From the NCBI GenBank assembly GCA_051382335.1, contig JBBCAX010000182.1, positions 1-55,842 of the forward strand: a stretch of DNA of 55,842 bases, read 5' to 3'. The position numbers were made by a program, and so were the translations under genes. Within the stretch, counting starts at the first letter, position 1; the number at the start of each line of letters is the position of its first letter. Source of the DNA: Deltaproteobacteria bacterium TL4 (GTDB lineage: Bacteria; SAR324; NAC60-12). Of this stretch, positions 26,807 to 36,679 are shown piece after piece. The notes beneath the pieces are model-generated. The model had not been told where the DNA came from. It saw nothing but the letters and a program-made list of their open reading frames with translations, and made no database searches.

Positions 26807-29452
26807 CTACAATCGTTCCCGAAGGTAGCTTTGAATCAAAGAAGGTGCTTGTTGAAGCGCTTGAAGCAGCTTTTCGGGAGCTTTGACTCCAGCCTGCGCC
26901 AAATGAGGTTTTCCTCCTCCGCGTCCATCGGCAACCGCTGCGACAAGGTTCACAAGATCTCCAGCTTTAAGTTTTTGTGCCACCAGATCCTCGGAAACCA
27001 CACACAGTAAGGTCACTTTATCACTGATTTCTGAAGCAAGAATCGCAATCCCGGGTTTTAGTTTTTCCCTCAAGGAATCCCCCAGGCTTTTTAAAGTGTC
27101 GATATGATCTACAGCCACCTGACACACCAAAACCTGAACCCCTTCGATGGTTTGCGCCTGGCTAACCAACTGCGCGGCGTCTCCGGAGGCACTTTCTTTT
27201 TTGAAGGCTTGCAGATCCTTCTCAAGCTGCCGCTTTTCTTCCATTAACTTGTGAAGGAGACCGGGTAATTTTTCTGTACTGGTGTTCAAAAGCTGGCGCA
27301 ATTCCTGGATGGCTTTGCCTTCTTCCCGAATCATCTGTGCTGAGGTTTTTCCAGTGACAGCGACAATTCGGCGAACGCCTGAAGCAATGGCACCTTCTGA
27401 GGTGATGCGGAAATACCCGATTTCTCCTGTTGCCTGGACATGACAGCCGCCACAAAGTTCGGTTGAAAAACCAGGAATATTCACCACACGAACCCGATCT
27501 CCGTACTTTTCGCTAAACAAGGCGGTCGCCCCCTTTTCAAGGGCTTGATCGTATCCTGTTTCATAAATTTCAAGAGGCGTATTGTTTCGGATTTCTTGAT
27601 TGACCCTGTTTTCGATACGTTCCAATTGTTCTTCTGACGGTTTCTCAAAATGGGTGAAATCAAATCGGAGGTAATCCGGATGTACCACCGAACCCGCTTG
27701 ATGAACGTGATTTCCCAGTACCCCTTTCAGGGCGGATTGAAGTAAATGGGTTGCGGTGTGATTAGTCGTTATCGAGGCTCTGAACAAGCGATCAATTTCA
27801 GCCGTAACCGATCCGTCTGCCGGCGTTTGAACACCTTCACACACATGAATAATGGCATCTCCCTCTTTTCGAACATCCACAACTTTCCATTGAACGGCAC
27901 CTTGTTTCAAAGTCCCCTGATCGGCAACCTGCCCTCCTGATTCCGCATAAAAGGGCGTTCGATCTAAAACAATCAGCCATTGCCCTGCTTCATTTTGAGC
28001 ATAACGGCGTATGATTGAATTGCTCAAAAACGTTTGATATCCAACAAATTGAGAATGATTTCCTTCAGAAAGGAGGGTCCATGAATCAAGTGTCCTTTTA
28101 AATTTTGCGGCTTCACGAGCTTTGGTCCGTTGCTCTTCCATACATTCAACGAAAGCGGCTTCATCCACCGACCAGCCACGTTCTTCACACAGCAGGCGAG
28201 TTAAATCTACAGGAAAGCCGTAGGTATCATACAGCTTAAAAGCTTCGGATCCCGCGAGACGTTTTTCAGTGTGCGTTGTGGATTGTCCCACCATCTGTTC
28301 GAAGATATCCAAGCCACGATCCAAGGTTTGGCCGAAACTTTCCTCTTCAGCGCGGATGACCCCCGCGACATGCTTTTCCTGCGCACGGAGTTCCGGGAAC
28401 GCTTCCCCCATAATTTCAACCAAGGTAGGTACCAGTTGATGAATGAAAGGCTTTTCCATTCCGAGAACCCGTCCGAAACGTGTCGCTCGACGTAGCATTC
28501 TTCGAAGGACATAGCCCCGGTTTTCATTGGAAGGAATCGCACCATCCGCGATAGCAAAACTCAAAGAACGTAAATGATCCGCGACCACTCGAAAAGCAAC
28601 TCCGATTTCGCCTGTTTCATGCGGGCTTTTCCCTGTGATTTTTGCGATTTCAGCGAGAATCGGAGTAAACAAATCTGTGCTGTAATTAGAATCCACAGCT
28701 TGCAAAACACGGCAAATCCGTTCCAATCCCATGCCTGTATCAACATGACAATCCGGCAAATTTTCGAGTTTTCCTGAAGGCAGGCGGTTGAACTGCATGA
28801 ACACCAAATTCCAGAGTTCGATAAAACGCCAGCAGCCATCAACATTGACACCACAGTGATGTCGCTCATGCAAGGGACAGGTTCCTTCACCCAAGTCAAT
28901 ATGGAGTTCTGAACAAGGGCCGCAAGGGCCAACATCACCCATTTCCCAAAAATTATCTTTTTTGCTGCAACGCAAAATTTGCTTGGGGTTGATGTCGGTC
29001 TGTGTTTTCCATAGTTCCGCGGCTTCATCATCCGGTTCCAGATTTTCAGAAGGAACCCCCTCAAAAACGGTTGCCCACATCTTTTCCTTAGGCAGGCCCC
29101 ATTGTTCTACCAATAACTCCCAAGCCCAGACAATGGCGTCTTGCTTAAAATAATCACCAAAAGACCAATTCCCCAACATCTCAAAAAAAGTGTGATGATA
29201 GTTATCGCGTCCTACATCCTCCAGATCATTATGCTTTCCGCTGGCTCGAATACATTTCTGCGAATTTGCCGCTCTTGAGTAAGTCCGTGTGCCTGTCCCC
29301 AAAAAGACGTCCTTGAATTGATTCATCCCGGCATTAATGAATAACAAGGTCGGATCCTCAGAAGGAATGACAGGTGAACTGCGGACGTAGTAATGTTCTT
29401 TTGATTCAAAAAATGAAATAAACTCTTGCCGGATTTGTTTTGACGTTTTCAA
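26807..29452 (-). CDS. alaS: Alanine--tRNA ligase
   Basis: DPTLLFINAGMNQFK, HHTFFEMLGNWSFGDYFK, DTGMGLER, NHTATHLL and ELCGGCH motifs. Confidence 0.98.
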   Translation of the reverse strand: MKTSKQIRQEFISFFESKEHYYVRSSPVIPSEDPTLLFINAGMNQFKDVFLGTGTRTYSRAANSQKCIRASGKHNDLEDVGRDNYHHTFFEMLGNWSFGDYFKQDAIVWAWELLVEQWGLPKEKMWATVFEGVPSENLEPDDEAAELWKTQTDINPKQILRCSKKDNFWEMGDVGPCGPCSELHIDLGEGTCPLHERHHCGVNVDGCWRFIELWNLVFMQFNRLPSGKLENLPDCHVDTGMGLERICRVLQAVDSNYSTDLFTPILAEIAKITGKSPHETGEIGVAFRVVADHLRSLSFAIADGAIPSNENRGYVLRRMLRRATRFGRVLGMEKPFIHQLVPTLVEIMGEAFPELRAQEKHVAGVIRAEEESFGQTLDRGLDIFEQMVGQSTTHTEKRLAGSEAFKLYDTYGFPVDLTRLLCEERGWSVDEAAFVECMEEQRTKAREAAKFKRTLDSWTLLSEGNHSQFVGYQTFLSNSIIRRYAQNEAGQWLIVLDRTPFYAESGGQVADQGTLKQGAVQWKVVDVRKEGDAIIHVCEGVQTPADGSVTAEIDRLFRASITTNHTATHLLQSALKGVLGNHVHQAGSVVHPDYLRFDFTHFEKPSEEQLERIENRVNQEIRNNTPLEIYETGYDQALEKGATALFSEKYGDRVRVVNIPGFSTELCGGCHVQATGEIGYFRITSEGAIASGVRRIVAVTGKTSAQMIREEGKAIQELRQLLNTSTEKLPGLLHKLMEEKRQLEKDLQAFKKESASGDAAQLVSQAQTIEGVQVLVCQVAVDHIDTLKSLGDSLREKLKPGIAILASEISDKVTLLCVVSEDLVAQKLKAGDLVNLVAAVADGRGGGKPHLAQAGVKAPEKLLQALQQAPSLIQSYLRERL

Positions 29453-29473
29453 TGGTGTCCTTAGGCGGTGTTA

Positions 29474-29746
29474 TTAATCATACATGACAAAAACTGGGGG
29501 TAGATCCTGTTTTTGACCACTGACTGGCGGGCCGTGTTCACTCCACATTTTTACTTCATTAATCAATGATGTAGGCTGAGCACTACCCATCAGAAAATAA
29601 AAAATAGTCGAAAAGAGATTAATCCCTAAAAACCAAATCAGAAGTGTTGTTCTAGAAGGGTTTCCTGTTAAACTCAAGACAACAATTGGAACATTCCTTG
29701 AAAAAAAATATCGACATCTACTCAACATGGTGCTATACCTCTCCAA
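29474..29746 (-). CDS. Small hypothetical membrane protein; start uncertain
   Basis: One hydrophobic segment; same strand as and just upstream of alaS. Confidence 0.35.
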   Translation of the reverse strand: MERYSTMLSRCRYFFSRNVPIVVLSLTGNPSRTTLLIWFLGINLFSTIFYFLMGSAQPTSLINEVKMWSEHGPPVSGQKQDLPPVFVMYD

Positions 29747-29761
29747 CTGACTTCAATTGTT

Positions 29762-29843
29762 GCGAGAGTGGTGAAACTGGTAGACACGCTAGATTTAGGA
29801 TCTAGTGCCGCAAGGCTTGGGGGTTCGATTCCCTTCTCTCGTA
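29762..29843 (+). tRNA. tRNA-Leu (anticodon TAG); CCA not encoded
   Basis: Acceptor GCGAGAG/CTCTCGT, D-arm with TGGTAGAC, anticodon arm CTAGA-TTTAGGA-TCTAG, long variable arm GCCGCAAGGC, T-loop GTTCGATTC. Confidence 0.95.
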
Positions 29844-29989
29844 CGCTTCCTACTTTTTATCTGTTGTTACTATCTTTTTATTCAGCGCGTTTTTTGACAC
29901 CGTCACTGTCTGTTATCTGGCTGGATGTCAAAATGTCTCACAAAGTCTCTCCTCAGAATCTTGTCAAAAAACAACTCTTCAAGCTATTA

Positions 29990-30180
29990 TTTCCGATGGT
30001 TCATCAAACAGTTCCTATTTATTGTTGGGAAGATCCTAAAACCCCTCCGATTTATAAAACTAACTCAGGTCGATATCGGCTCAATATTTTAGGAGCCTAC
30101 GATCTAAAAGAGGCGCACCGGGTCTATCAGCGTACTGAAGCAAATTGTGATGCCACCCAAGTCATTGAGTTTTTAAATTC
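29990..30180 (+). pseudogene. IS630-family transposase remnant
   Basis: YCW...KTNSGRYRLNILGAYD...NCDATQVIEFL resembles the IS630 DDE-domain segment; the rest is absent. Confidence 0.6.
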
Positions 30181-30347
30181 ACAATTAGTTTTTTTTAGAG
30201 GCATTTCGTCAACTGTTTTCTGTTTCAGTTCAGAATTATATTTCGGACCAACCTTTAAGATGATAGTAATGTGATAGAACTTTTATGGAATAGGGGCTAG
30301 GTTTGTTCCAGTTAACACTTTTTAGAGGCTTTGTAGAGGAGAATGAA

Positions 30348-31316
30348 ATGGAAGTTGAAGATCAAAAGGAGTGGAACGCGGGGGAATCAACGTTATTGAA
30401 TTGGTTGCTGAGCCATCGGACAAATCAAGCTTCATTTCACCATGAATTAACACTCAAGGCGTGGTGGGATCTTTACCAGCAAGAGGTAACTGCATGGCCT
30501 TCTCCCTTTGAACGAGCCATTGTTGGCGGAATGCTTGCGGATCGTCTGGCTTTTGCGTTTGCGGGCGGATATCACAACGCCTTGAGGCAAATGATGCCAA
30601 CGCTTTCAGCTCAGCAGATGGTTTCCCTGTGTATTACGGAAGAAGGCGGTGGGCATCCAAAAGCGATTAAAACGAGGCTTACCCCCAAGAGCAAGTCAAC
30701 ATCAAGTTGGGAAATTTCCGGTTCAAAAAAATTCATCACTTTGTTGGAAGAAGCGGAGCAATTGTTGGTTGCTGTTTCTGAAGGTTTTAATGCTGAAGCG
30801 CGTAATCAAATTCGTTTGGTAAAATTGGATGCGAAAGCCTCCGGTGTTCAGGTTGAACGTATGCCCGATTTACCTTTTGTTCCTGAAATATCTCATGGCG
30901 TTTTACACCTGAAGCATGTGGAGATTAGCGAAGATCAAATTCTGCCGGGAGATGGTTACGCCGAATACATAAAACCGTTTCGTACGATTGAAGATATTCA
31001 TGTCTGTGCGGGATTATTGGGGTTTTTAACACGCTTGTCCTTTCAATTGAACTGGCCTGAAGCGATTGGTGAAGAAATTTTGATGCTCATGACAGGGTTG
31101 GGGGCTTTTAATGGCGGAACTGTGACTTCACCCGCAATGCATATTGCCTTGGGTGGTTTTTTTCGGTTGCTGCAAAATTTACTGGCACAAATCAATCCGT
31201 TATTGACGCAAGAAAAACTGGAAATTGCTCAACGTTGTCAACGAGATCTGCCTTTGATGAATGTTGCCGGACACGCACGTACCCAGCGCTTGAAAACGGC
31301 GTGGGAAAGCGTTTAG
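30348..31316 (+). CDS. Short acyl-CoA dehydrogenase-like protein
   Basis: SLCITEEGGGHP, ISGSKKFIT, LPGDGY..YIKPFRTIED motifs. Confidence 0.8.
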   Translation: MEVEDQKEWNAGESTLLNWLLSHRTNQASFHHELTLKAWWDLYQQEVTAWPSPFERAIVGGMLADRLAFAFAGGYHNALRQMMPTLSAQQMVSLCITEEGGGHPKAIKTRLTPKSKSTSSWEISGSKKFITLLEEAEQLLVAVSEGFNAEARNQIRLVKLDAKASGVQVERMPDLPFVPEISHGVLHLKHVEISEDQILPGDGYAEYIKPFRTIEDIHVCAGLLGFLTRLSFQLNWPEAIGEEILMLMTGLGAFNGGTVTSPAMHIALGGFFRLLQNLLAQINPLLTQEKLEIAQRCQRDLPLMNVAGHARTQRLKTAWESV

Positions 31317-31361
31317 TGAGTTCTTGTGATTATTTCATACATCCTGCGGAGGAGTCCCTTT

Positions 31362-32756
31362 ATGTCTAAACAGGTCCTGTTCTTATTAGTGCTGATGCTG
31401 ATGCTGGGACAGGTATCAAGGCTGATGGCCGAAGAAAGCGTTAGTGATTCAAAGGACACGGACTCTTCTTCTTCGCTATCCATTCCTGCCGGATTAGAAA
31501 ACAAAGATCCTCTTTCGGCAAAGGATCTCGCGAAAAAAAAGGAGGGAACTTATTTTACAGGCTTACCTTTACTCAACTCCGACCCCGACACCGGTATAGG
31601 TTATGGCGCTCGTGTTTTTCATTACAACAATGGTGAACGGAGTGCGCCCCTGTTTCGTTATACTCCTTATTTTTATAAGCTGTATGTCCAGTATTTTGCG
31701 ACAACGAATGGCATGGAGGATCACGGAGTTACCATCGATCTCCCCTATATCGGCGGGAGTTTGTTCCGTTTAACTGTCGCCTTGGCTTTAGAAAAAAACA
31801 TTACAGAAAATTATTTTGGAACCAATAGCCGCACTTTGTCCGATTTCAAACTCCCCGCGGAACTTCAACAGAAAACAGGGAAGAAGACGTCCTATTCAAA
31901 CTATGAAGCTTATCACAAGGAACTGTCGAAAATCAACGAGGATGGCAGCACTTATGCGCGCTACCACCAGTATCTGCTTGAAAATCCAAGTTTTAAAGTT
32001 GTGTTGGATCGAGATCTGGTCGGCGGTGTGATTAAGTTGAAGGGGGGGGTGACGCTGACGAAAGTCAAGATTGAAGATTACTCAGGGAAACGTGTAGAAG
32101 TCGATGGGGATTCCGGGATTATGGGGAAATCGAAACTGCGTGAAGATTTTGAGGCAGGGCTGATTCGTGGAATTGAAGGGGGTTGGGACAATACTCTGCA
32201 AATTGGTCTGGGTTATGATACTCGTGATTTTGAACCCGCACCGAATACCGGAACGTTCACGGATATGTTGATTGACATTTCCAGTGAGGGGATGGGCTCT
32301 GATTTTGAGTATACCCGTTATACCTTTACCTCACGAGGCTATTTTAGTCCTTTTGCTAAAACGGCGGAGGTTGTCTTTGCCGCACGAGGCCTCTATTCTG
32401 AAGAGCTTGGAGAGATTCCCTTTTTCGCGCAAGAAAGCCTTGGTGGCGTAAGAACGTTAAGAGGGTATCGAAGAAATCGCTTTGTCGGCGATGTACGAAT
32501 ACTGGCCAATTTTGAGGTGAGATGGGATTTTATGAGTTTCTCCACAGAAAAACAGCATTTTGAATACCTGCTCGTGCCTTTTGTTGATTTTGGGAAGGTT
32601 TTTGATCAAGGCGACCCTTTCAATTTCGAGGCGTTGAAACAGGGGCAAGGTGTCGGCTTCCGTATCGCCTGGAATCAGGCGACTATTATTATTTTGGATT
32701 ATGGCCTCAGTCCCGAAGATTCGGGATTCTATGCCAATTTCCGCCACATTTTTTGA
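31362..32756 (+). CDS. Omp85/BamA-TamA-family outer-membrane protein without POTRA domains
   Basis: Signal peptide; YDTRD, LGG.RTLRGYRRNRF, PFVDFG motifs; C-terminal Phe. Confidence 0.8.
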   Translation: MSKQVLFLLVLMLMLGQVSRLMAEESVSDSKDTDSSSSLSIPAGLENKDPLSAKDLAKKKEGTYFTGLPLLNSDPDTGIGYGARVFHYNNGERSAPLFRYTPYFYKLYVQYFATTNGMEDHGVTIDLPYIGGSLFRLTVALALEKNITENYFGTNSRTLSDFKLPAELQQKTGKKTSYSNYEAYHKELSKINEDGSTYARYHQYLLENPSFKVVLDRDLVGGVIKLKGGVTLTKVKIEDYSGKRVEVDGDSGIMGKSKLREDFEAGLIRGIEGGWDNTLQIGLGYDTRDFEPAPNTGTFTDMLIDISSEGMGSDFEYTRYTFTSRGYFSPFAKTAEVVFAARGLYSEELGEIPFFAQESLGGVRTLRGYRRNRFVGDVRILANFEVRWDFMSFSTEKQHFEYLLVPFVDFGKVFDQGDPFNFEALKQGQGVGFRIAWNQATIIILDYGLSPEDSGFYANFRHIF

Positions 32757-32802
32757 GGATCCTTAGGGTTCCTTTTCACAGCTTTAAGGAGATTATTTTG
32801 AG

Positions 32803-33405
32803 ATGACACCTGAACGGGAAAAACTTGTTGAAGCCTACTATAAAAATAAAATTCAAGGGGTCGAGTTATTCATTGATAATGTTTTTGATCCCCATAATGT
32901 TGCCGCGATTTCCAGAACCGCAGATGGTTTGGGTATTGAAACCATGAATCTTTATTACACTTACAATCAATTTCCAGAATTCACTAAGGAGGGCAAAAAA
33001 TCCAGTTCCAGCGCGACCAAGTGGATTAAATTTCACACGGTTGAGACACTGGCGCCTTTTGTTGAAGAGAAGAAAAAACAAGGCTTCATTTTTTTTGGGT
33101 GTGATCTGAACGCTTCCGCACAACAATTACCCGCGTTATCTTTTCCTGAAAAAAGCCTGATTGTTCTTGGCGCTGAAAGTCTGGGTTTATCCTCTGAAAT
33201 CAAGGCGATTTGTGATGAGTTCCTTTACATCCCCATGGTTGGTGTTGTGGAAAGTTTTAATATTTCTGTAGCTGCCGCAATTATTATGTATGAGGTTTTT
33301 CGACAAAAAGGCACGCATCTCCAATGTTCTTCAGAATATGTCCGCAAATCCCCTAATAGAAACTCAAAGCGAATTCCTCGTTCACTTGCAAAGTATCATG
33401 AATAG
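32803..33405 (+). CDS. trmH: SpoU/TrmH-family RNA 2'-O-methyltransferase
   Basis: DPHNVAAISRTAD, VLGAE..GLS and IPMVG.VESFNISVAAAI motifs. Confidence 0.85.
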   Translation: MTPEREKLVEAYYKNKIQGVELFIDNVFDPHNVAAISRTADGLGIETMNLYYTYNQFPEFTKEGKKSSSSATKWIKFHTVETLAPFVEEKKKQGFIFFGCDLNASAQQLPALSFPEKSLIVLGAESLGLSSEIKAICDEFLYIPMVGVVESFNISVAAAIIMYEVFRQKGTHLQCSSEYVRKSPNRNSKRIPRSLAKYHE

Positions 33406-33495
33406 TGTATAAACGGTTTTTAAATAGCTCATGGTTGCCATGATTTGTGAGTATTCGATACTGAATTACTTCTTTTTACGCTGTCCTATAAAATT

Positions 33496-34923
33496 ATGAA
33501 AAAATTTATTGAAAAAATAACGGATAATACACACCTTTCATTCATAGTTGTCGTTCTTTTGATCTTGGTTATCAGTGTTGGTTTTTATTCTGCGGAATTA
33601 AGAACGGTTATGGTTTCATCGAATCCGACTCAAACGTCCATGGCTTCAAAAGATACAGACTATCGTGAACTCAAAATGGAACCTTTGAGTCTTGCTAATG
33701 CTGGTGTGTTCACACAACAACTGGGAACACCAGAGTCTGATTCAGGAAAAGGAATTGCCTTGGACGGTTCAGGGAATGTGTACCTTGTCGGTACGACTGG
33801 AGGAAGCCTGGGAAATAATACATTTCATGGCGAAACGGATTTGTTTTTGGCAAAGTATAGTCCTGATGGACACTTGCTTTGGGTTACGCAACTTGGAAGT
33901 ATGGGGACTGAAACAGGAGATGGGATTATGGTAACTCCGACTGGAGATATTTTTGTTATAGGGACAACCACAGAGCGGTTAGGCGACGATATTCCTCAAG
34001 GAGCAAGTGATTTGATTTTGGCAAAATATAATTCTGAGGGCGAACTCCAGTGGTTGCGTCAAAAGGGAACGTCAGGTCAAGATGAAGTTTCTGGAATTGC
34101 GATGGATCATTCAGGGAATTTGATTTTGGTCGGTACCACCCTTGGGAGTATGGATGGGCAAACGTACCAAGGACAAAAAGACGCGTTCGTCATGAAATTT
34201 GATCTTCAGGGTAAGTGGCAATGGACTCGTCAGCTTGGCACTGACAAAGATGAGTTTGGAAGTGGGATTGCCGTTGATGCCAAGGATCAGCTTTACATGG
34301 TTGGAAGTACGAGCGGCGCTCTCCAGCAAGATCATCATGTGGGCGGGTTTGATGTGTTTGTCCTCAAATTTGATCCAAGTGGTGTAAGACAGTGGGTTCA
34401 ACAATTAGGAACGCCTAAAACCGATTATGGTCATGCCATTACAGTAAGTAATTCGGGTGAAGTTTATGTGTCAGGAAGTACAGAAGGGGATCTCAATACA
34501 GAGACTGTAACCCAGATTAAGGGTGAAATGTTTGTGATGAAATTTACGGCTAATGCTGAAAAACAATGGATCCGTCAACTCGGAGCAACCGGCACGTATT
34601 GGGGTGTGAGGGCTTATGGGATTGTTCATAATGCTTCTTCAGGAGATGTGTTTGTAACAGGTGAAGCGGATGTCCCCCTTGAGGGACAGCTTCATTCTGG
34701 TGGGCCAGATATCGTTGTTGTGAAGTATAATGTCCATGGTGAAAAGAAGTGGGTTCGGCAAATAGGAACAGGTGCCAGAGATCATGGTTACGGTCTTGCA
34801 GTCGATTCCGTGGGTGATGTCTATGTCACTGGCGATGCTTGGGGGGGCTTGGATGGGAATGTACCTCAAGGACTGTATGACATCATTCTCGTTAAATATT
34901 CAGCAGAGGGTGTCAAATATTAA
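33496..34923 (+). CDS. SBBP (seven-bladed beta-propeller) repeat protein, membrane anchored
   Basis: About seven repeats of QLGT..D.G.GIA.D.SGNVY..G.T.G...D.F..KY; N-terminal TM segment. Confidence 0.85.
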   Translation: MKKFIEKITDNTHLSFIVVVLLILVISVGFYSAELRTVMVSSNPTQTSMASKDTDYRELKMEPLSLANAGVFTQQLGTPESDSGKGIALDGSGNVYLVGTTGGSLGNNTFHGETDLFLAKYSPDGHLLWVTQLGSMGTETGDGIMVTPTGDIFVIGTTTERLGDDIPQGASDLILAKYNSEGELQWLRQKGTSGQDEVSGIAMDHSGNLILVGTTLGSMDGQTYQGQKDAFVMKFDLQGKWQWTRQLGTDKDEFGSGIAVDAKDQLYMVGSTSGALQQDHHVGGFDVFVLKFDPSGVRQWVQQLGTPKTDYGHAITVSNSGEVYVSGSTEGDLNTETVTQIKGEMFVMKFTANAEKQWIRQLGATGTYWGVRAYGIVHNASSGDVFVTGEADVPLEGQLHSGGPDIVVVKYNVHGEKKWVRQIGTGARDHGYGLAVDSVGDVYVTGDAWGGLDGNVPQGLYDIILVKYSAEGVKY

Positions 34924-34992
34924 TTCGATCTCAGCTTAGTGACTCGGCGATTCTGGTCCCGATTGTGAGATTTTTGCCAGGGAGAGTTGCCC

Positions 34993-36174
34993 TCATTTGG
35001 AGTGCGTGTCTTCGCCCTCTCCTGCATCACATAAGGAAAGAACAATTGGGGGCCTGAGAGCTAGTGTGTTTTTGATTAAATAAAGCAACAATTTTGCCCT
35101 GGTTTTGAGGAACCACTTCAAGACTTTGAGCTTTGGGTAATTTTCTTTCATCATCTTGATTTCTAAAGGGGTGGGGATTAGAAAAAAGAAGGGAAAGAGG
35201 TATTTCTGAATCAGCGATAACTCGGGAATCTCATAGTTGAGTAGGGTATTCAATTCTTTGGTCAGTGTGGTTAGAATGACTTGTTCGATGGTGCTGATTT
35301 CACCTAGGAGCTGTTCCTGGTGAAACGCTTTTGAAAAACCATGGGATTTCCCTTTGAGGCTGTTTCCCCAGAATTTTTTACCCATAAAGGTGCTGTCTTC
35401 CAGGCTCCTGGCATAAGAGATCCCTATCAATTCGCATAATTGTTTCATTTGTTTCTGACTGAAACTGTCTATTTTGAAGACGATGATTTCTATCTTGTTT
35501 TCCAACAAAGGATAGAAATGGTTGCATTGTTCTGGAAGTACATCAAAATGGTAAAATAATTGATTCCGAATTCTCGATTTCTCCTTGATTTGTTTTAAGG
35601 TAGAGATGTATCCGTTGATTGGATGTCTTACGGTCGCAATGGCTTTAGCGTCTTTAAAATATTTATGGTATTTGATCGCGCTGATGTGGTTGTGAGGATG
35701 ATGAAGCATAATTTTTTTATGAGACAAGTCCATCTTGTGGGCTTTTGCGTAGCTGTAGTAAATGGCTTTGATGACATTTCCGGGATTCAGCGCGACAGGT
35801 TTCAGAAATTGATAGTAATAATCCAGAAACACTTTTTTTGAAGTATAAATTCCCTCATTTCTATTTTCGCCAAGGCAATATAACTCATTGGCTGGTGTTG
35901 AGGCTGAAGTCCCTTTAGCTGTATCAAAAAAGAATTCATTGGATGCCAGGAAAATTTCTAGCGCCTGATCCGGGTCTTTAAGGTTGGGAGTCTCCAGTAG
36001 CGATGTGAATTCAAAATAGCCGGGTAACCCTAGAATTTCAGCATGTCCGTCAAGCAAACTGTGTAAAAACATGACTCCTGAACGGGCATGGTGGGTCATC
36101 ATAAAGGACGGTAAGGAGTCCATGAACTCATTAGGCGTCAAGCCGTGTTCTGTTTCCTTTAAAGACTGGTTCAT
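34993..36174 (-). CDS. Sulfotransferase-like protein
   Basis: ARSGVMFLHSLLDGH (5'-PSB-like) and TVRHP (3'-PB-like) motifs. Confidence 0.6.
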   Translation of the reverse strand: MNQSLKETEHGLTPNEFMDSLPSFMMTHHARSGVMFLHSLLDGHAEILGLPGYFEFTSLLETPNLKDPDQALEIFLASNEFFFDTAKGTSASTPANELYCLGENRNEGIYTSKKVFLDYYYQFLKPVALNPGNVIKAIYYSYAKAHKMDLSHKKIMLHHPHNHISAIKYHKYFKDAKAIATVRHPINGYISTLKQIKEKSRIRNQLFYHFDVLPEQCNHFYPLLENKIEIIVFKIDSFSQKQMKQLCELIGISYARSLEDSTFMGKKFWGNSLKGKSHGFSKAFHQEQLLGEISTIEQVILTTLTKELNTLLNYEIPELSLIQKYLFPFFFLIPTPLEIKMMKENYPKLKVLKWFLKTRAKLLLYLIKNTLALRPPIVLSLCDAGEGEDTHSK

Positions 36175-36327
36175 ATTCGTATGCCTTCCTGTGATCTCAT
36201 CCTTATCGTTTTCATTTTCCGATTGTTCCTCAAAATAGGCGGGTTATCGAAGCCTAAAAAAGCACGAATTCCCTCCGTTGTCAATGGTTCAAAATATTTT
36301 TTTCTAATTTTCTGCCCCAACACTTCG

Positions 36328-36425
36328 TAGTGGTTGTAAGTCTTTCCTGGGAATGCGTGCCTCCTGCCCGCAAAAGCAGGCGGGACGCCTACGCTCCCAG
36401 CCCAAAATACTTTTCTAAAACACTA
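36328..36425. repeat. REP-containing MITE-like element
   Basis: TAGTG...CACTA ends around the palindrome CTGGGAATGCGTGCCTCCTGCCCGC-AAAA-GCAGGCGGGACGCCTACGCTCCCAG. Confidence 0.5.
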
Positions 36426-36427
36426 TA

Positions 36428-36549
36428 CGCTCATATCTGTTTTGAGGTGGCCAGCAAACTATGCTACAGTTTAATTCGCTCTTAAGTGCGTTACCAAACA
36501 ATTTCTCAGGGCTATGATGATGCCTTCCATCTTAAAACAGATATGAGCG
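36428..36549. mobile_element. 122-bp MITE
   Basis: CGCTCATATCTGTTTTGAGGTGG ... CCATCTTAAAACAGATATGAGCG (21/23 inverted match), TA-rich flanks. Confidence 0.7.
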
Positions 36550-36623
36550 AATAAACAACTACTTATACGGTGTTTCATGCAAAAACTTAGGATATTAAAG
36601 CAGAGTCTTGAAACGAGTTAGGC

Positions 36624-36644
36624 GGCCGAACTTACGATCAAACC
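36624..36644. repeat. Solo degenerate copy of the window-start IS end
   Basis: GGCCGAACTTACGATCAAACC vs GGCCGAACTTACGACCAAGCC. Confidence 0.65.
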
Positions 36645-36679
36645 ATAAAAATCATACTGAATTTTATTAGGAGCGTCTC

